Of a stretch of 64,000 bases of DNA, positions 1 through 9,917 are shown in pieces. The stretch comes from Corallococcus sp. NCRR. GTDB taxonomy: Bacteria > Myxococcota > Myxococcia > Myxococcales > Myxococcaceae. Position 1 is the first letter of the stretch, and every line of letters starts with the position of its first letter. Location: the NCBI RefSeq assembly GCF_026965535.1, contig NZ_CP114039.1:8099461-8163460 (forward strand), in the 5' to 3' direction. The position numbers and the translations under genes were made by a program. Below the pieces are notes generated by a model. It did not search any database. It was given only the letters and a program-made list of their open reading frames with translations, and had not been told where the DNA came from.

Positions 1-667
1 AGCTCCTCCCGGTCCACGTCCCCGGGGAGCTCCTGGTCCGCCTCCATCTGGTCGATGATGTCCCGGATGGCCTTTTCGGTGCGGCGCCAGAGCTCCTCGT
101 CCCCGAGCCGGTCCATGTCCATGCGGCGCAGGTCCAGGTACTCGATGAGCCGGTCGTGGATCTCCTTCTGGAGCCGCGAGTAGCGCTCCAGCCGGGGGTC
201 CACCTTGCGCTTGTTCTTCGCCATGGCCGCGGCCATGGACGCGGGCATGCGGCTGGGAGCCGCGGGGGCGGGCGCGGGCTCCTCCTCCTCGTAGGGCTCC
301 TCCTCTTCGTAGGCCTCTTCCTCGTAGGCCTCCTCGCCCTGCTCCTCGTCGTAGGCCTCTTCCGCGGGCTCGTCTTCCAGCGGCTCGACGTTGAGGATGT
401 AGTCGCCGATGGAGACCTGGTCGGTGGGCTTGAGCACCATGGGACCGGCGATCTTCTTGCCGTTCACGAAGGTGCCGTTCGTGGACTTCATGTCCACGAT
501 GATGAAGCGCCCATCCTTTTCGACGATGCGGGAGTGGGTCTTGGAGACGTTCCCCTTGGCGAGCACGATGTCGTTGCCAGCAATCCGGCCGATCGTGATC
601 TCGTTCTTGGGGTACTCCCGCTGCTCCGAACCGCCGCCCTTCTCCGTCAGCGTGATGAGAAACATGG
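1..667 (-). CDS. FHA-domain protein continuous with the N-terminal region of a CpaF/TadA-family secretion ATPase (C-terminus beyond window start)
   Basis: Own translation of the reverse complement: MFLITLTEKGGGSEQREYPKNEITIGRIAGNDIVLAKGNVSKTHSRIVEKDGRFIIVDMKSTNGTFVNGKK..SIGDYILNV (canonical FHA), then an acidic E/Y/P-rich linker, then ..RLERYSRLQKEIHDRLIEYLDLRRMDMDRLGDEELWRRTEKAIRDIIDQMEADQELPGDVDREEL, which resembles CpaF N-terminal helices. Open to position 1. Absent from the ORF track because no stop is in the window. Confidence 0.6.
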
Positions 668-814
668 GTCGGGATGCTACCAAGCCCTCCTACGACCTCA
701 AAGACTCCTGCGACGCTCGCCCGCCTGCTGCCCGGAAACGGACGGGCCGGCACCCTCCCCCTCTGAAGCGGGGACGGAGCCGGCCCGGATCCAACGTGAC
801 GGCGAGGAAGGCCG

Positions 815-2263
815 TCAGTCGAAGATGTTGAAGTTCACCTCGGAGCGGGCCTGCTTGTAGCGGGTCTTCACGTCCTCGATGATGCTGCGGACCTTGTCCG
901 AGTCCGGATTCACGATGCGCGGGGTGACGAAGATCACCAGCTCGCGCTTGGTGGAGTCGAACGCGCGGTTCTTGAACAGCTCGCCCACGATGGGGATGTG
1001 ACCCAGGCCGGGCAGCTTCGCGACGGCCTTCTGCTCGTCGTGGCTGAACACGCCGGACAGCACGATCGTTTCTCCGTGGCGCACGGTGACGTTCGTCTTG
1101 ACCTTGCGGGTGCGGAAGCCCGGGATGGCGGACGAACCACCGAAGGACACGGACACGGAGGTGTCGATTTCGGAGGCCTCGGCCTCCACCTCGGTCTGGA
1201 TGTTGCCGTTGCGGTCCGCGGTGGGGCGGATGTTCAGGATGACGCCGTAGGGCTTGTACTCCACCGTGAACTGCGTGTTGGTGATGAGGGGGATGGGCAC
1301 CTCGCCGCCGGCGAGGAACTCCGCCTTCTCACCGCTGGCGCACACCAGCTTGGGCTGCGCCAGCAGGCGGCCGTAACCGTCGTTGGCCTGGAAGCCGATG
1401 CTCAGGTCGGAGCCGCCGATCGCGCCCAGCGTGAGGGTGGAGACGGCGTCGCCGGAGGGCAGCAGCGCCTTGTTCAGGTTCGCGGTGGCGGACAGCGTGC
1501 CGGTGATGTCCGTGGGGTACTTGATGCCGTAGCGGTCGCGGCTGTTGCGGCGGATTTCGACGAACTGGACCTCGGAGAGGATCATCCGCTTGATGCCGAC
1601 GACGAGCAGGTTCTCCACCTTCTCACCGATGGCCTTGGTGATGAGCTCCGCCTTCTGGAGGTCCTGCTGGCTCTCCACGGAGCCCTCCAGGAAGATGGTC
1701 GCGCCCACCACATTGGCCTGCACGTTCTTCAGGCCCGCCTTCTGGAAGGCCGCGTTCAGGTTCTGCGCGACGAGCTTCTTGGCGTTGGGGGCGATCTTCA
1801 CGAACGACTTCACGTTCGGGTACAGGCTCACCACCTGCTCGATGCGGTCCGCGTCCTGCGTGGTGTAGGCCTGACCGTCCAGGTAGATGCGGTCGCCCAC
1901 CATGCGCACGGACACGCCTTCAATCTCACCGAGCAGGCGCTTGATCTCGGAGATGACCTCGTTGGGGTCCTGCTTGCGGACCGTCACCAGGTAGCTGATG
2001 CGCTGACCGGAGGACTTCCAGACGAGCAGCGTCGTCTTGCCCTCGGCGTTACCGGTGACGAGCAGCTGGCCGGTGCCCAGCGTCTTCACCTCGGCGATGG
2101 ACGGATCACCCAGCGCGACGCGGCTGAGGCCGGGAATGGTGAGCACCTTCTGGGTGCCCACACCCAGGCTGACGGAGCTGCCCTCCTGGGCCTGGGCAGG
2201 GGCGCTGGCCACCACCGTGACGACGGCGCCGAGCGCCAGGGCTTGCGTGAAGCGAGTGAACAT
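815..2263 (-). CDS. cpaC: Tad/Flp pilus secretin (CpaC/RcpA family, type II/III secretion secretin domain)
   Basis: 482 aa. Signal peptide ALALGAVVTVVASAPAQA. C-terminal secretin motifs GETIVLSGV..LPGLGHIPIVGELFKN..ELVIFVTPRIV. N-terminal secretin_N/BON-like repeats. Confidence 0.85.
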   Translation of the reverse strand: MFTRFTQALALGAVVTVVASAPAQAQEGSSVSLGVGTQKVLTIPGLSRVALGDPSIAEVKTLGTGQLLVTGNAEGKTTLLVWKSSGQRISYLVTVRKQDPNEVISEIKRLLGEIEGVSVRMVGDRIYLDGQAYTTQDADRIEQVVSLYPNVKSFVKIAPNAKKLVAQNLNAAFQKAGLKNVQANVVGATIFLEGSVESQQDLQKAELITKAIGEKVENLLVVGIKRMILSEVQFVEIRRNSRDRYGIKYPTDITGTLSATANLNKALLPSGDAVSTLTLGAIGGSDLSIGFQANDGYGRLLAQPKLVCASGEKAEFLAGGEVPIPLITNTQFTVEYKPYGVILNIRPTADRNGNIQTEVEAEASEIDTSVSVSFGGSSAIPGFRTRKVKTNVTVRHGETIVLSGVFSHDEQKAVAKLPGLGHIPIVGELFKNRAFDSTKRELVIFVTPRIVNPDSDKVRSIIEDVKTRYKQARSEVNFNIFD

Positions 2264-2309
2264 CGTGTGAGTCCCCTTCTTGCGTGCGCGCGCCCGGCCT
2301 GACGGCGCG

Positions 2310-2846
2310 CTATCCCAGATGTTGTTGCTGCCACCACATGGCCCAGAAAGTCCCGAGCGCGATGGAGACGCCGTAGGGGATGTGTCGCGCGGGCGAGGGC
2401 GAGGTTTCCTCGCGCATCCATTTCATCCGCACCGCCCAGCGACGGGCCACCGCCGCCAGCGTGTCCCAGACGGCCCCCTGCCACAGCAGCGTGACGATGG
2501 CCTGCAGCGCGCCCGTGAGCGAGATGAAGGCCGCCGCGGCGAGCACCGTGGGAAAGCCCAGCACGCAACCCACGCCCGCCATCAGCTTGACGTCACCCCA
2601 CCCCATGCGCCCGCGCAGCGCACCCGGCACCAGCAGCAGCGCGAGTCCCGCGCCCGCCAGAAGCCCGCTCACCACCCCCGACTCCAGCCCGCCCACCCCT
2701 TCGGACACGCCGCGCAGCCCGAGCCCCAGCACGATGAGGGGATAGGTCACGGCGTTCGGGATGAGCCGGCGCAGCACGTCGGTCACCACCGCAATCACCA
2801 GGGCCACTCCCAGAATCGTCCACGACGCGAGCTGAGCAGGTGTCAT
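2310..2846 (-). CDS. cpaA: A24-family prepilin peptidase (CpaA/TadV type)
   Basis: 178 aa polytopic membrane protein. GWGDVKLMAGVG motif and conserved Asp positions typical of Flp prepilin peptidases. Adjacent to the secretin. Confidence 0.8.
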   Translation of the reverse strand: MTPAQLASWTILGVALVIAVVTDVLRRLIPNAVTYPLIVLGLGLRGVSEGVGGLESGVVSGLLAGAGLALLLVPGALRGRMGWGDVKLMAGVGCVLGFPTVLAAAAFISLTGALQAIVTLLWQGAVWDTLAAVARRWAVRMKWMREETSPSPARHIPYGVSIALGTFWAMWWQQQHLG

Positions 2847-2958
2847 TCGGCACCTGCTCCCATGAGGAGCAGGCGACCCCCATCAAACAATGGAGGCCCT
2901 GAGCCCGTCAATTCCTGAACAAGGCCATCGCACCGTGGGGCCCCGCGTCATGCCGGCT

Positions 2959-3816
2959 TCAGTGGATGACGAGGCGGATCTTCTCGCTGCAGATGAAGTA
3001 CTCGTCCCCGTCCTCGACCTTGCGGCGCTTGATGCGCTGCTTGTTGAACCAGGTCCCGTTCGAGGAGCCGAGGTCTTCGATGTAGAAGTCGCCGCCGTCG
3101 CGGGCGATGACGGCGTGCTCGCGCGACACCTTGCCGGAGTTGATGACGAAGTCGCAGTGCTTGCCGCGTCCGATGACGTAGCGGTCCTTGACGATCTTCT
3201 CCTGCTCGCCGGACTCCGTGACGAGGTAGAGCGCGGCGCCCTCCTCCTCGTCCGGCTCCTCCATGGCCTCTTCTTCCTCGGCCTCTTCCGGCGGCTCGTC
3301 CTGCATGTCGTCGAGCGGCGGCTCCTCCTGCTCGGGCAGGGGCTCCTCCTCGTCCTCGATCATGTCGTCCGCGGCGGGCGGAGGCGGCTCGTTCTTGCCC
3401 TTGATGAGCCGCTCCAACTCGGCGGCAGTCTCCAGGACGCGCTCGGCGACCTCGCGGCGCACCGGATCATTGTCCAGGCCGTTGGAGGACGGGCGCTCAT
3501 CCACGTTGCGCGCGGCGCCTCGCGGGGGCGGCGCGGGGGACAGCACCGGCGGAGCGCCCTTGGCCGCGGCGGCCGGGGGCGGAGCCGCGGCCGGACGCGC
3601 CGCCGCGGCGGGCGCGGATGACGGCACCGCCGCCACGGCGGGCTCGCCCTTCGTCCTCACGTCGATGAAGCCGTTGAGGCGCGCGAACATGAACAGCGCC
3701 TGGTTGATGAGCGCGTCGCGATCCGACCCCATCTGCTGGGCCATCTCTTCGTACGTCTCCCACAGGTGCTCGGCGATGCCGACCTTGCGTGCGGGACGGG
3801 AGTTCTGATCGATCAT
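2959..3816 (-). CDS. FHA-domain protein with acidic/Pro-rich linker
   Basis: C-terminal FHA: YVIGRGKHCDFVINSGKVSREHAVIARDGGDFYIEDLGSSNGTWFNKQRI. Long PAAAPPP and EEEE low-complexity spacer. Same strand as the Tad genes, 64 bp from the next gene. Confidence 0.75.
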   Translation of the reverse strand: MIDQNSRPARKVGIAEHLWETYEEMAQQMGSDRDALINQALFMFARLNGFIDVRTKGEPAVAAVPSSAPAAAARPAAAPPPAAAAKGAPPVLSPAPPPRGAARNVDERPSSNGLDNDPVRREVAERVLETAAELERLIKGKNEPPPPAADDMIEDEEEPLPEQEEPPLDDMQDEPPEEAEEEEAMEEPDEEEGAALYLVTESGEQEKIVKDRYVIGRGKHCDFVINSGKVSREHAVIARDGGDFYIEDLGSSNGTWFNKQRIKRRKVEDGDEYFICSEKIRLVIH

Positions 3817-3879
3817 CGGTCTTGGCTCGGGAAATGCTGGACGTGAGGGACGATAGCAGAGCCGCTCGGGCGCGCCCAG

Positions 3880-6126
3880 TTACTGGAACGCCCGGAGATA
3901 CGTGAGGTTGTCCAGGTTGTCGGTGATCGACTCCAGGGCCACCTGGAGCACGCCGTCCGCCGAGGGGTACGCGACGTAGGCGAGGCTGGAGCCCTCCACG
4001 TCCGTGGCCACCACGGAAGCAGGCAGGGTGTAGACGCCCAGGCTGCTCGACTGGCCGGTGTCCACGCCGAAGATGTAGCGGCGGAAGCGCGGCAGCAGCG
4101 TCACCAGGTAGCGGTCCCCCGCGTTGAGGCGGCTCCCCGCGCCGAGGGTCGGCGTCATCGTGAGCGTCAGCGGCGCGGGCACGTAGGTGGTGGGCGTCCT
4201 GGGCGGGTCCAGGCCCAGGTCGAAGCCGTCCGGGTGGTAGTAGTAGTCCAGGAAGGTGGAGACCGTGTACGCCTCGTTGACGTCCAGCCGCTGCAGGTAC
4301 GTGCCGCTGGTCTCCGCGCCCGCGTAGAGCACGAAGGGCTTCACGTTCGGGCCCGCGCGCACGGAGAACGACGGATAGGACGCGCAGGGCTCGGCCGCGG
4401 CGGCGACCGCGGGGTCGGACAGGTCCGGGTAGAGCCGCGTGAGGCCGTCGCCCTGGTCCTCCAGGCGCAGGATGGGGATGACCGCCGCGCAGGCGCCCGC
4501 GTTGTTCGCCAGGATGATGGAGTCGCCGGGAATCACGCCCCGGGCCGTCGCCAGGGCCGTCTCGATGAGGAGCGGAGGGTCCTCCTGGTTCAGGTCGCGG
4601 GAGAGGCCAACCAGCCCGGGCAGCACGCCCTGGAAGACGAAGCGGTACGTCCCGTTGGGCACCGAGCCGTTGCAGAGGAACGCCGTGGCGTTGGTCGCGT
4701 CCTGCACCTGGGGACAGCCGGGCTGGGTCACGGTGATGCCCTGGAACTGATCCGAGCGCAGCTGCTCGTTGCTGTCCAGCAGCTGCGCGGACACCGACGA
4801 GTTCAGCGGCTTGTTCGCGGAGTCGCGGTCCAGGTTGAACGGGCGCCGCTCGTCCGCGCGGAACAGGGTGATCTTCCCGTCGGACGACGGCATGATTCCC
4901 AGGAGCGGAATGGGGGTGATGTAGGGCACGCTGTCCGCCAGGATCTCACGGACCTCCAGGCCCGAGCGCAGCGTGAGGCCCGTGGGCAGGCCCGCGGACG
5001 TCCGCAGGGTCAGCATGGGCGCGCCGGTGATGTCGCGGGCGAGCACCGGCGCCGCGGACGGCGCATTCACCGGATCCGCCCCGTTGTCGAGCGCGATGAC
5101 GCCCTCGCAGTCGGACGAGTTGCACGTCAGCTCGTCCAGCACCACGAACACGAAGCGGCCCGCGGGCCAGGGCTCGATGCAGCTCGTCGTCCCGTCGGTC
5201 TGGGTCTTCACCACCGTGCCCGCCGGGCAGTTCCCATCGTCGAGCTTGGGCTTGGGCACGCTGTAGCTGGGGTGCGTGGCCACGAGCCGCGCCGGGATGT
5301 CCACCAGGTCCGCGTAGTTGGGCACCGCGTAGGGCGCCGGACGCGGCCGCTTGTACGGAATCTCCACGGAGGCCCCGTCCGCGACGACGCGCACGAGCCG
5401 GCTGGTGCCGGACACGTTGCGGATGGCGACCACCAGCGAGTCCACCACGTCCGCCCGCGCGGGCAGCGTGGTCATGGACATCACCGTGTCCGCGGGCTTG
5501 AGGCAGAAGACGGGCAGCGCGGGAGGCAGCGCGGCCGCGTCGAAGCCCTCCGGGCCGGGCAGGTCCTGGCGCATCACCACCCCGCCACCGAAGGGACCGC
5601 AGAGCTGCTCGGCGGCCTCCGGGCGCGTCTGGAGCGCGTAGTACAGGACGCTCGGCGCGCCCTCCGCCACCGGGGCGTGCGCGGTGAAGGCGGTGATGAG
5701 CTGGCCGGTCGCCAGGCGCGTCACCTCGTTGAGGCGCGCGCGGTCCGCGGCCACCACGGAGATGCCGCGGCCGCCGGAGCTGCGCGCGTAGATGTACGGG
5801 CCGGACACGTCATTGCCGTCGCCGTCGTAGCCCACGTCGCGGGTGAGCGAGTCCGGCCGCGCGATGACGGGGATGGCCAGGGGCTCCAGCGGGTTGGGCG
5901 CGGGGATGAACTCACGCGGCGTGCGCGTCAGGTCCAGCACGCGCAGCTCATCCCGGTCCTGCGAGGTGACGAAGACGAGCTGGTTGGAGAGCACCACGTC
6001 GTACGTGCCGGAAAGCCCGGCGGCGCCCGCGGTGGAGGTGGTGTCGGAGCAGGCGAGCGCGAGGCTCGCGCCGCTCAGCACCAGGGCAGCAAGAAAGCCG
6101 CGCTTCAAGGTCAGTTCTCCTGGCAC
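3880..6126 (-). CDS. Large lipoprotein, hypothetical (beta-propeller-like repeats)
   Basis: 748 aa. Lipobox LALACS after a signal peptide. Repeated VxxxxxxLxVxD / YVA-type segments. No recognisable catalytic motif. Confidence 0.55.
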   Translation of the reverse strand: MPGELTLKRGFLAALVLSGASLALACSDTTSTAGAAGLSGTYDVVLSNQLVFVTSQDRDELRVLDLTRTPREFIPAPNPLEPLAIPVIARPDSLTRDVGYDGDGNDVSGPYIYARSSGGRGISVVAADRARLNEVTRLATGQLITAFTAHAPVAEGAPSVLYYALQTRPEAAEQLCGPFGGGVVMRQDLPGPEGFDAAALPPALPVFCLKPADTVMSMTTLPARADVVDSLVVAIRNVSGTSRLVRVVADGASVEIPYKRPRPAPYAVPNYADLVDIPARLVATHPSYSVPKPKLDDGNCPAGTVVKTQTDGTTSCIEPWPAGRFVFVVLDELTCNSSDCEGVIALDNGADPVNAPSAAPVLARDITGAPMLTLRTSAGLPTGLTLRSGLEVREILADSVPYITPIPLLGIMPSSDGKITLFRADERRPFNLDRDSANKPLNSSVSAQLLDSNEQLRSDQFQGITVTQPGCPQVQDATNATAFLCNGSVPNGTYRFVFQGVLPGLVGLSRDLNQEDPPLLIETALATARGVIPGDSIILANNAGACAAVIPILRLEDQGDGLTRLYPDLSDPAVAAAAEPCASYPSFSVRAGPNVKPFVLYAGAETSGTYLQRLDVNEAYTVSTFLDYYYHPDGFDLGLDPPRTPTTYVPAPLTLTMTPTLGAGSRLNAGDRYLVTLLPRFRRYIFGVDTGQSSSLGVYTLPASVVATDVEGSSLAYVAYPSADGVLQVALESITDNLDNLTYLRAFQ

Positions 6127-7640
6127 ACGCTGGTGCCCTGGTTCGGATCACGCTGCTGCTGGATGCCCAGCCTGGCCACCAGCCGCGCGTCCTGGGGACG
6201 CGACAGGTCGGGGATGTCCACGATGGCCACCTGGCTGTCACCGAAGTTGGTCACGAACAGCCGCGCCGCGTTCGTCCCGGCGGGGTTGTCCACCGTCAGC
6301 CCGAAGGCCTGGGACGGGTTGCTGGTCTGGTTCTGGTTGTTGACGAGCGGCACCTGCGCCACGACCTGCCCGAGCGCCTCGTCGTAGAGGGACACCGCGC
6401 TGTCGCCGGTGCTCGTCACCGCGATGATGTGGGTGTCCGCGTTGGACGCGCCCGGCGTCCGCGAGATGATCTGCATGTCGCTCACGCCGTCGGGCATGGG
6501 CACCGCGGAGACCACGCGGAAGAAGGGCTGCGTGGAGGTGCCGCCCGGCACCGCGTCATATTCGAAGTCGAGCGTGAGCAGCGTGTCCGGGCCGCGCGCC
6601 AGCATGTACAGCCGCTCGCGCACGAAGTTCGGACGCACCGCCCGCTCCTCCGCCGTCACCGGACGGGGCACCACGCGCGCGGCGCGCGCCTCGCGGATGC
6701 GGTACTCCGCCTGCAGCGAGGGCTCCAGGATGGTGCCGGGGTCGTTCTTGTCCACCAGCCGCAGCACGAAGTTGCCGGCCACGGTGCCGCTGATGCCGGC
6801 CACGAAGTTGCGGCCCGTCACGTAGAGGAAGCCCGTGCCCACCGTCACCGAATCCGAGCCGCCGTAGAGGTAGCCCTCGGGAGACAGCGAGATGAAGCCC
6901 AGCGAGTCCCGCGTGGGGTTGTCCAGCTTCACCGTGGCCAGGTAGCTCTCGAAGTTGCTGCTGGACCTGGCGGGCGAGTCCGCCGCCTCCGAGTGCGTCA
7001 CGTACAGGTTGCCGCTCGCCTCATCCACCGTCACGCCGATAGGCGACGGAGCGCGGGGCAGGTCCGCGCGCCCCTCGTCGCTGAGGGACGACGGGATGTC
7101 CTCGGTGAGCGACAACGCGCCGGTGCGGCAGTCCATGCCGCCCTGCACGCAGGTGAGCACCGGAGCGCCGTTGGCCTCCAGGCTCACGTCCACCGCGTTC
7201 AGGTTGTTGCCCTCCGCGCGCGAGGGCACGAACAGGCGCGGCAGCCCCGTGGCCGGGTTCACCCACAGGCCCAATTCGCCCGCGAAGCTGCGGATCTGCA
7301 CGAGCGACTCGTCCGCGGACGCCAGGTCCTCGAAAGCGAGCGGAGCGTCCGGGAGCGCGCCGCCCAGGTGGGGCACCGTGACGGTCTGCCCGTCCACCTG
7401 CGTGCTCAGCGTGTCCAGGTTCAGCGCCACCACCGAACCGGAGTCGTAGCAGTTGTCGAAGTTGGCGTTCGCGACGAACAGGTAGCCATTGCTCGCCGAC
7501 GGGCCGCCCGCCGCTGGAGGGCGCCAGAAGGCCACCCCGCTGGGGTACACGAAGCGGGTGGACGGAGGCGGGTTCGGTTCGGATTCAATCGAACACGCCC
7601 CGAGGAGCAGCAGCGCGGGAGTCAGGAAGTGGAGGCGCAT
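6111..7640 (-). CDS. Lipoprotein, hypothetical (YVTN/YncE-like beta-propeller repeats)
   Basis: Start chosen at MRLHFLTPALLLLGACS (lipobox). The ORF extends upstream to 7778 without signal logic. Motifs YLFVANANFD..VVALNL, LYVTHSEA, RLFVTNFGDSQVAIVDI. 16 bp overlap with the downstream lipoprotein gene. Confidence 0.5.
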   Translation of the reverse strand: MRLHFLTPALLLLGACSIESEPNPPPSTRFVYPSGVAFWRPPAAGGPSASNGYLFVANANFDNCYDSGSVVALNLDTLSTQVDGQTVTVPHLGGALPDAPLAFEDLASADESLVQIRSFAGELGLWVNPATGLPRLFVPSRAEGNNLNAVDVSLEANGAPVLTCVQGGMDCRTGALSLTEDIPSSLSDEGRADLPRAPSPIGVTVDEASGNLYVTHSEAADSPARSSSNFESYLATVKLDNPTRDSLGFISLSPEGYLYGGSDSVTVGTGFLYVTGRNFVAGISGTVAGNFVLRLVDKNDPGTILEPSLQAEYRIREARAARVVPRPVTAEERAVRPNFVRERLYMLARGPDTLLTLDFEYDAVPGGTSTQPFFRVVSAVPMPDGVSDMQIISRTPGASNADTHIIAVTSTGDSAVSLYDEALGQVVAQVPLVNNQNQTSNPSQAFGLTVDNPAGTNAARLFVTNFGDSQVAIVDIPDLSRPQDARLVARLGIQQQRDPNQGTSVCQEN

Positions 7641-7808
7641 CAGAGGGGGGCGGAGTGTAGGAACGCGGCCCTGCCCCGGGCAACTGAATAGGGCGTCTGC
7701 TATTCCCGGTCGCCCTCTCGCCGACATCCGCCCCCATCCACGGGGCGTGCGCCGCTCCCCTGGTGGGGGAACGGGCACGCTCCGGGGCGGAGGAAGAGCG
7801 GCCAGGCG

Positions 7809-9917
7809 TCAGGCCGCGGCGGTCTCGGCCTGGATCTTGGAAAAGTCCGCCACCTGGTTGAACAGGGCGCCAATCTCCGTGAGGAACCGGATGCGGTTCT
7901 CCCGCAGGTCCTTGTCCTCGGCCATCACCATCACCTTGTCGAAGAAGGTGTCCACGGCGGGCTTCAGGCCGGTGATCTCCTTGAGCGCGCCGGCGAAGTC
8001 GTCCGCGCGCACGTGCTCACCCACCCGGGTGCGCGCCTGGGTGAAGGCGGTGTGGAGGTTCTTCTCCGGCTCGTCGGTGAACCGCTGCGGGTTGGTCTGC
8101 CCGCCGGCCACGTCCTTGCCCTGCTTCTCCACGATGTTGACCACGCGCTTGAACGCCGCCGCCAGCGGCTGGAAGTCCGAGTGGCCCACGAGCACGCTCA
8201 GGGCCTCCAGGCGCTTCTTCGCCGCCACGAGGTCGTCGAAGCCCACGGACAGCACCGCCTCCACGACGTCCGTGCGGTGCTGCTCGCCCCACAGCGCCTT
8301 GAGGCGGCCGCGGAAGAACTCCAGCACCTGCTCGCGCGGGGCCGCCTCACCCGGCTTGCGCTTCACGTTGGCCAGCTTGGGGGCCAGCAGGCGCAGCGCC
8401 TCATCCACCGCGGCGGACAGGCTGAAGCGGTAGCCGCGCCCCAGCACGATGCGGATGATGGACAGGCACGCGCGGCGCAGCGCGAACGGATCCGCCGCGC
8501 CGGACGGCGCCCTGCCAATGGCGAAGATGCCGCACAGCGAGTCCAGCCGGTCCGCTAGGCCGATGAGCGCGCCCGCGTCCTGCGACGGCAGCGCGTCCTC
8601 GGCGCCGCGGGGCAGGTAGTGCTCGAAGATGGCCAGCGCCACCGCGTCGGGCTCGCCGCCCGCCTTCGCGTACTCGCGGCCCATCACGCCCTGGAGCTCC
8701 GGGAACTCGCCCACCATGCCGGTGACGAGGTCCGCCTTGGACAGCGTGGCGGCGCGCTCCACCGTGGCCGCCTCCCCTGCCCTGCCCGTGGCCTGGGCCA
8801 GCCAGCCCGCCAGCGCGCGGAAGCGCTCCACCTTCTCCAGGTACGTGCCCAGCTGACCCTGCCACACCACGCGGCCCAGCTTCTCCACGCGGTCGGCCAG
8901 CGGGGTGCGGCGGTCCTCGTCGAAGAAGAAGCGCCCGTCCGCGAGCCGCGCCGCCAGCACGCGCTGGTAGCCGCGCAGGGACAGCTGCTCGTCGCGCACC
9001 GGCGTGTTGGACACGGCGATGAAGCGCGGCAGGAGCTTCCCCTTCGCGTCCGTCAGGGAGAAGTAGCGCTGGTGGCTCTTCATCTCCTGCACCAGGACCT
9101 CCGGCGGCAGGTCCAGGTGGCGCTCCTCGAAGCTGCCCACCACGGGGCTCGGCAGCTCCACCAGGTTCGTCACCTGGTCCACCAGGCCCTCGTCCTCCAG
9201 GAGCCGGGCGCCCGCCGAGGCGGCCGCGGCGTTCACCTTGCGCACCAGCTCCGCGCGGCGCTTCGCGATGTCCGCGATGACGTGCGCCTTCTCCAGCGCG
9301 GCCTCGTAGTCCGCGGGCGCCTTCAGCGTGATGGCGCCCGGCGCGAGGAAGCGGTGGCCGTAGGTCGTGCGGCCCGACTTCACGTCGCCCAGCACCACCG
9401 GCAGCTGCGTGTCGCCCAGGAGCGCCACCAGCCACTGCACCGGGCGCGCGAAGGCCGTGTCCACGTCACCCCAGCGCATGGACTTCTTGAAGTTGATGCC
9501 GTGCACCGCCGCGTGCAGCGCGTCCTGGAGGATGGCCTCCGCGGGACGGCCCTTCTCCTCCACGCGCGCGGAGAGGTACTCGCCCTTGGCGTTGGTGGTG
9601 CGCCCGAGCGCGTCCACGGACAGCTTGAGGCTCTCGGCGAACTTCTCCGCCGCCTTGGTGGGCTTGCCCTGCGCGTCGAAGGCGGCCTTGGCGCTGGGCC
9701 CCAGCACCTCCTTCGTGATGTCCTCGCCCGCGTCCGCCACGTCGCGGACCTGGACGGCCAGCCGGCGCGGCGTGCCGAACGTGCGCACCTCGCCGTGCTT
9801 CAGGCGGGCGTCGGCCATGCGCTCGGTGAGCACGCGCTTCAGGTCCTCCAGCGCGGGGATGATGAACGACGCCGGGATCTCCTCGGCGCCGACCTCCAGC
9901 AGCAGATCACGCGCCAC
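7809..9917 (-). CDS. glyS: Glycine--tRNA ligase beta subunit
   Basis: 702 aa, [19 protein letters not shown].. Full-length similarity to GlyS. Overlaps the glyQ end by 11 bp. Confidence 0.9.
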   Translation of the reverse strand: MARDLLLEVGAEEIPASFIIPALEDLKRVLTERMADARLKHGEVRTFGTPRRLAVQVRDVADAGEDITKEVLGPSAKAAFDAQGKPTKAAEKFAESLKLSVDALGRTTNAKGEYLSARVEEKGRPAEAILQDALHAAVHGINFKKSMRWGDVDTAFARPVQWLVALLGDTQLPVVLGDVKSGRTTYGHRFLAPGAITLKAPADYEAALEKAHVIADIAKRRAELVRKVNAAAASAGARLLEDEGLVDQVTNLVELPSPVVGSFEERHLDLPPEVLVQEMKSHQRYFSLTDAKGKLLPRFIAVSNTPVRDEQLSLRGYQRVLAARLADGRFFFDEDRRTPLADRVEKLGRVVWQGQLGTYLEKVERFRALAGWLAQATGRAGEAATVERAATLSKADLVTGMVGEFPELQGVMGREYAKAGGEPDAVALAIFEHYLPRGAEDALPSQDAGALIGLADRLDSLCGIFAIGRAPSGAADPFALRRACLSIIRIVLGRGYRFSLSAAVDEALRLLAPKLANVKRKPGEAAPREQVLEFFRGRLKALWGEQHRTDVVEAVLSVGFDDLVAAKKRLEALSVLVGHSDFQPLAAAFKRVVNIVEKQGKDVAGGQTNPQRFTDEPEKNLHTAFTQARTRVGEHVRADDFAGALKEITGLKPAVDTFFDKVMVMAEDKDLRENRIRFLTEIGALFNQVADFSKIQAETAAA

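Noticed and set aside
156-860. Plus-strand ORFs at the window start (156..860, 409..831)
   Set aside because: They overlap the minus-strand FHA/CpaF-like gene whose translation is clean and domain-bearing. The plus frames are low-complexity.
4234-6387. 717 aa plus-strand ORF (similar cases: 10920..13358, 15287..17725, 48699..52163, 58179..61262, 52232..53848)
   Set aside because: Each overlaps a well-supported gene on the opposite strand and has Arg/Gly/Ala-dominated low-complexity translations typical of antisense high-GC frames.
8401-9435. 344 aa minus-strand ORF inside glyS
   Set aside because: Alternative frame of glyS with a Gly/Arg/Pro-rich junk translation.
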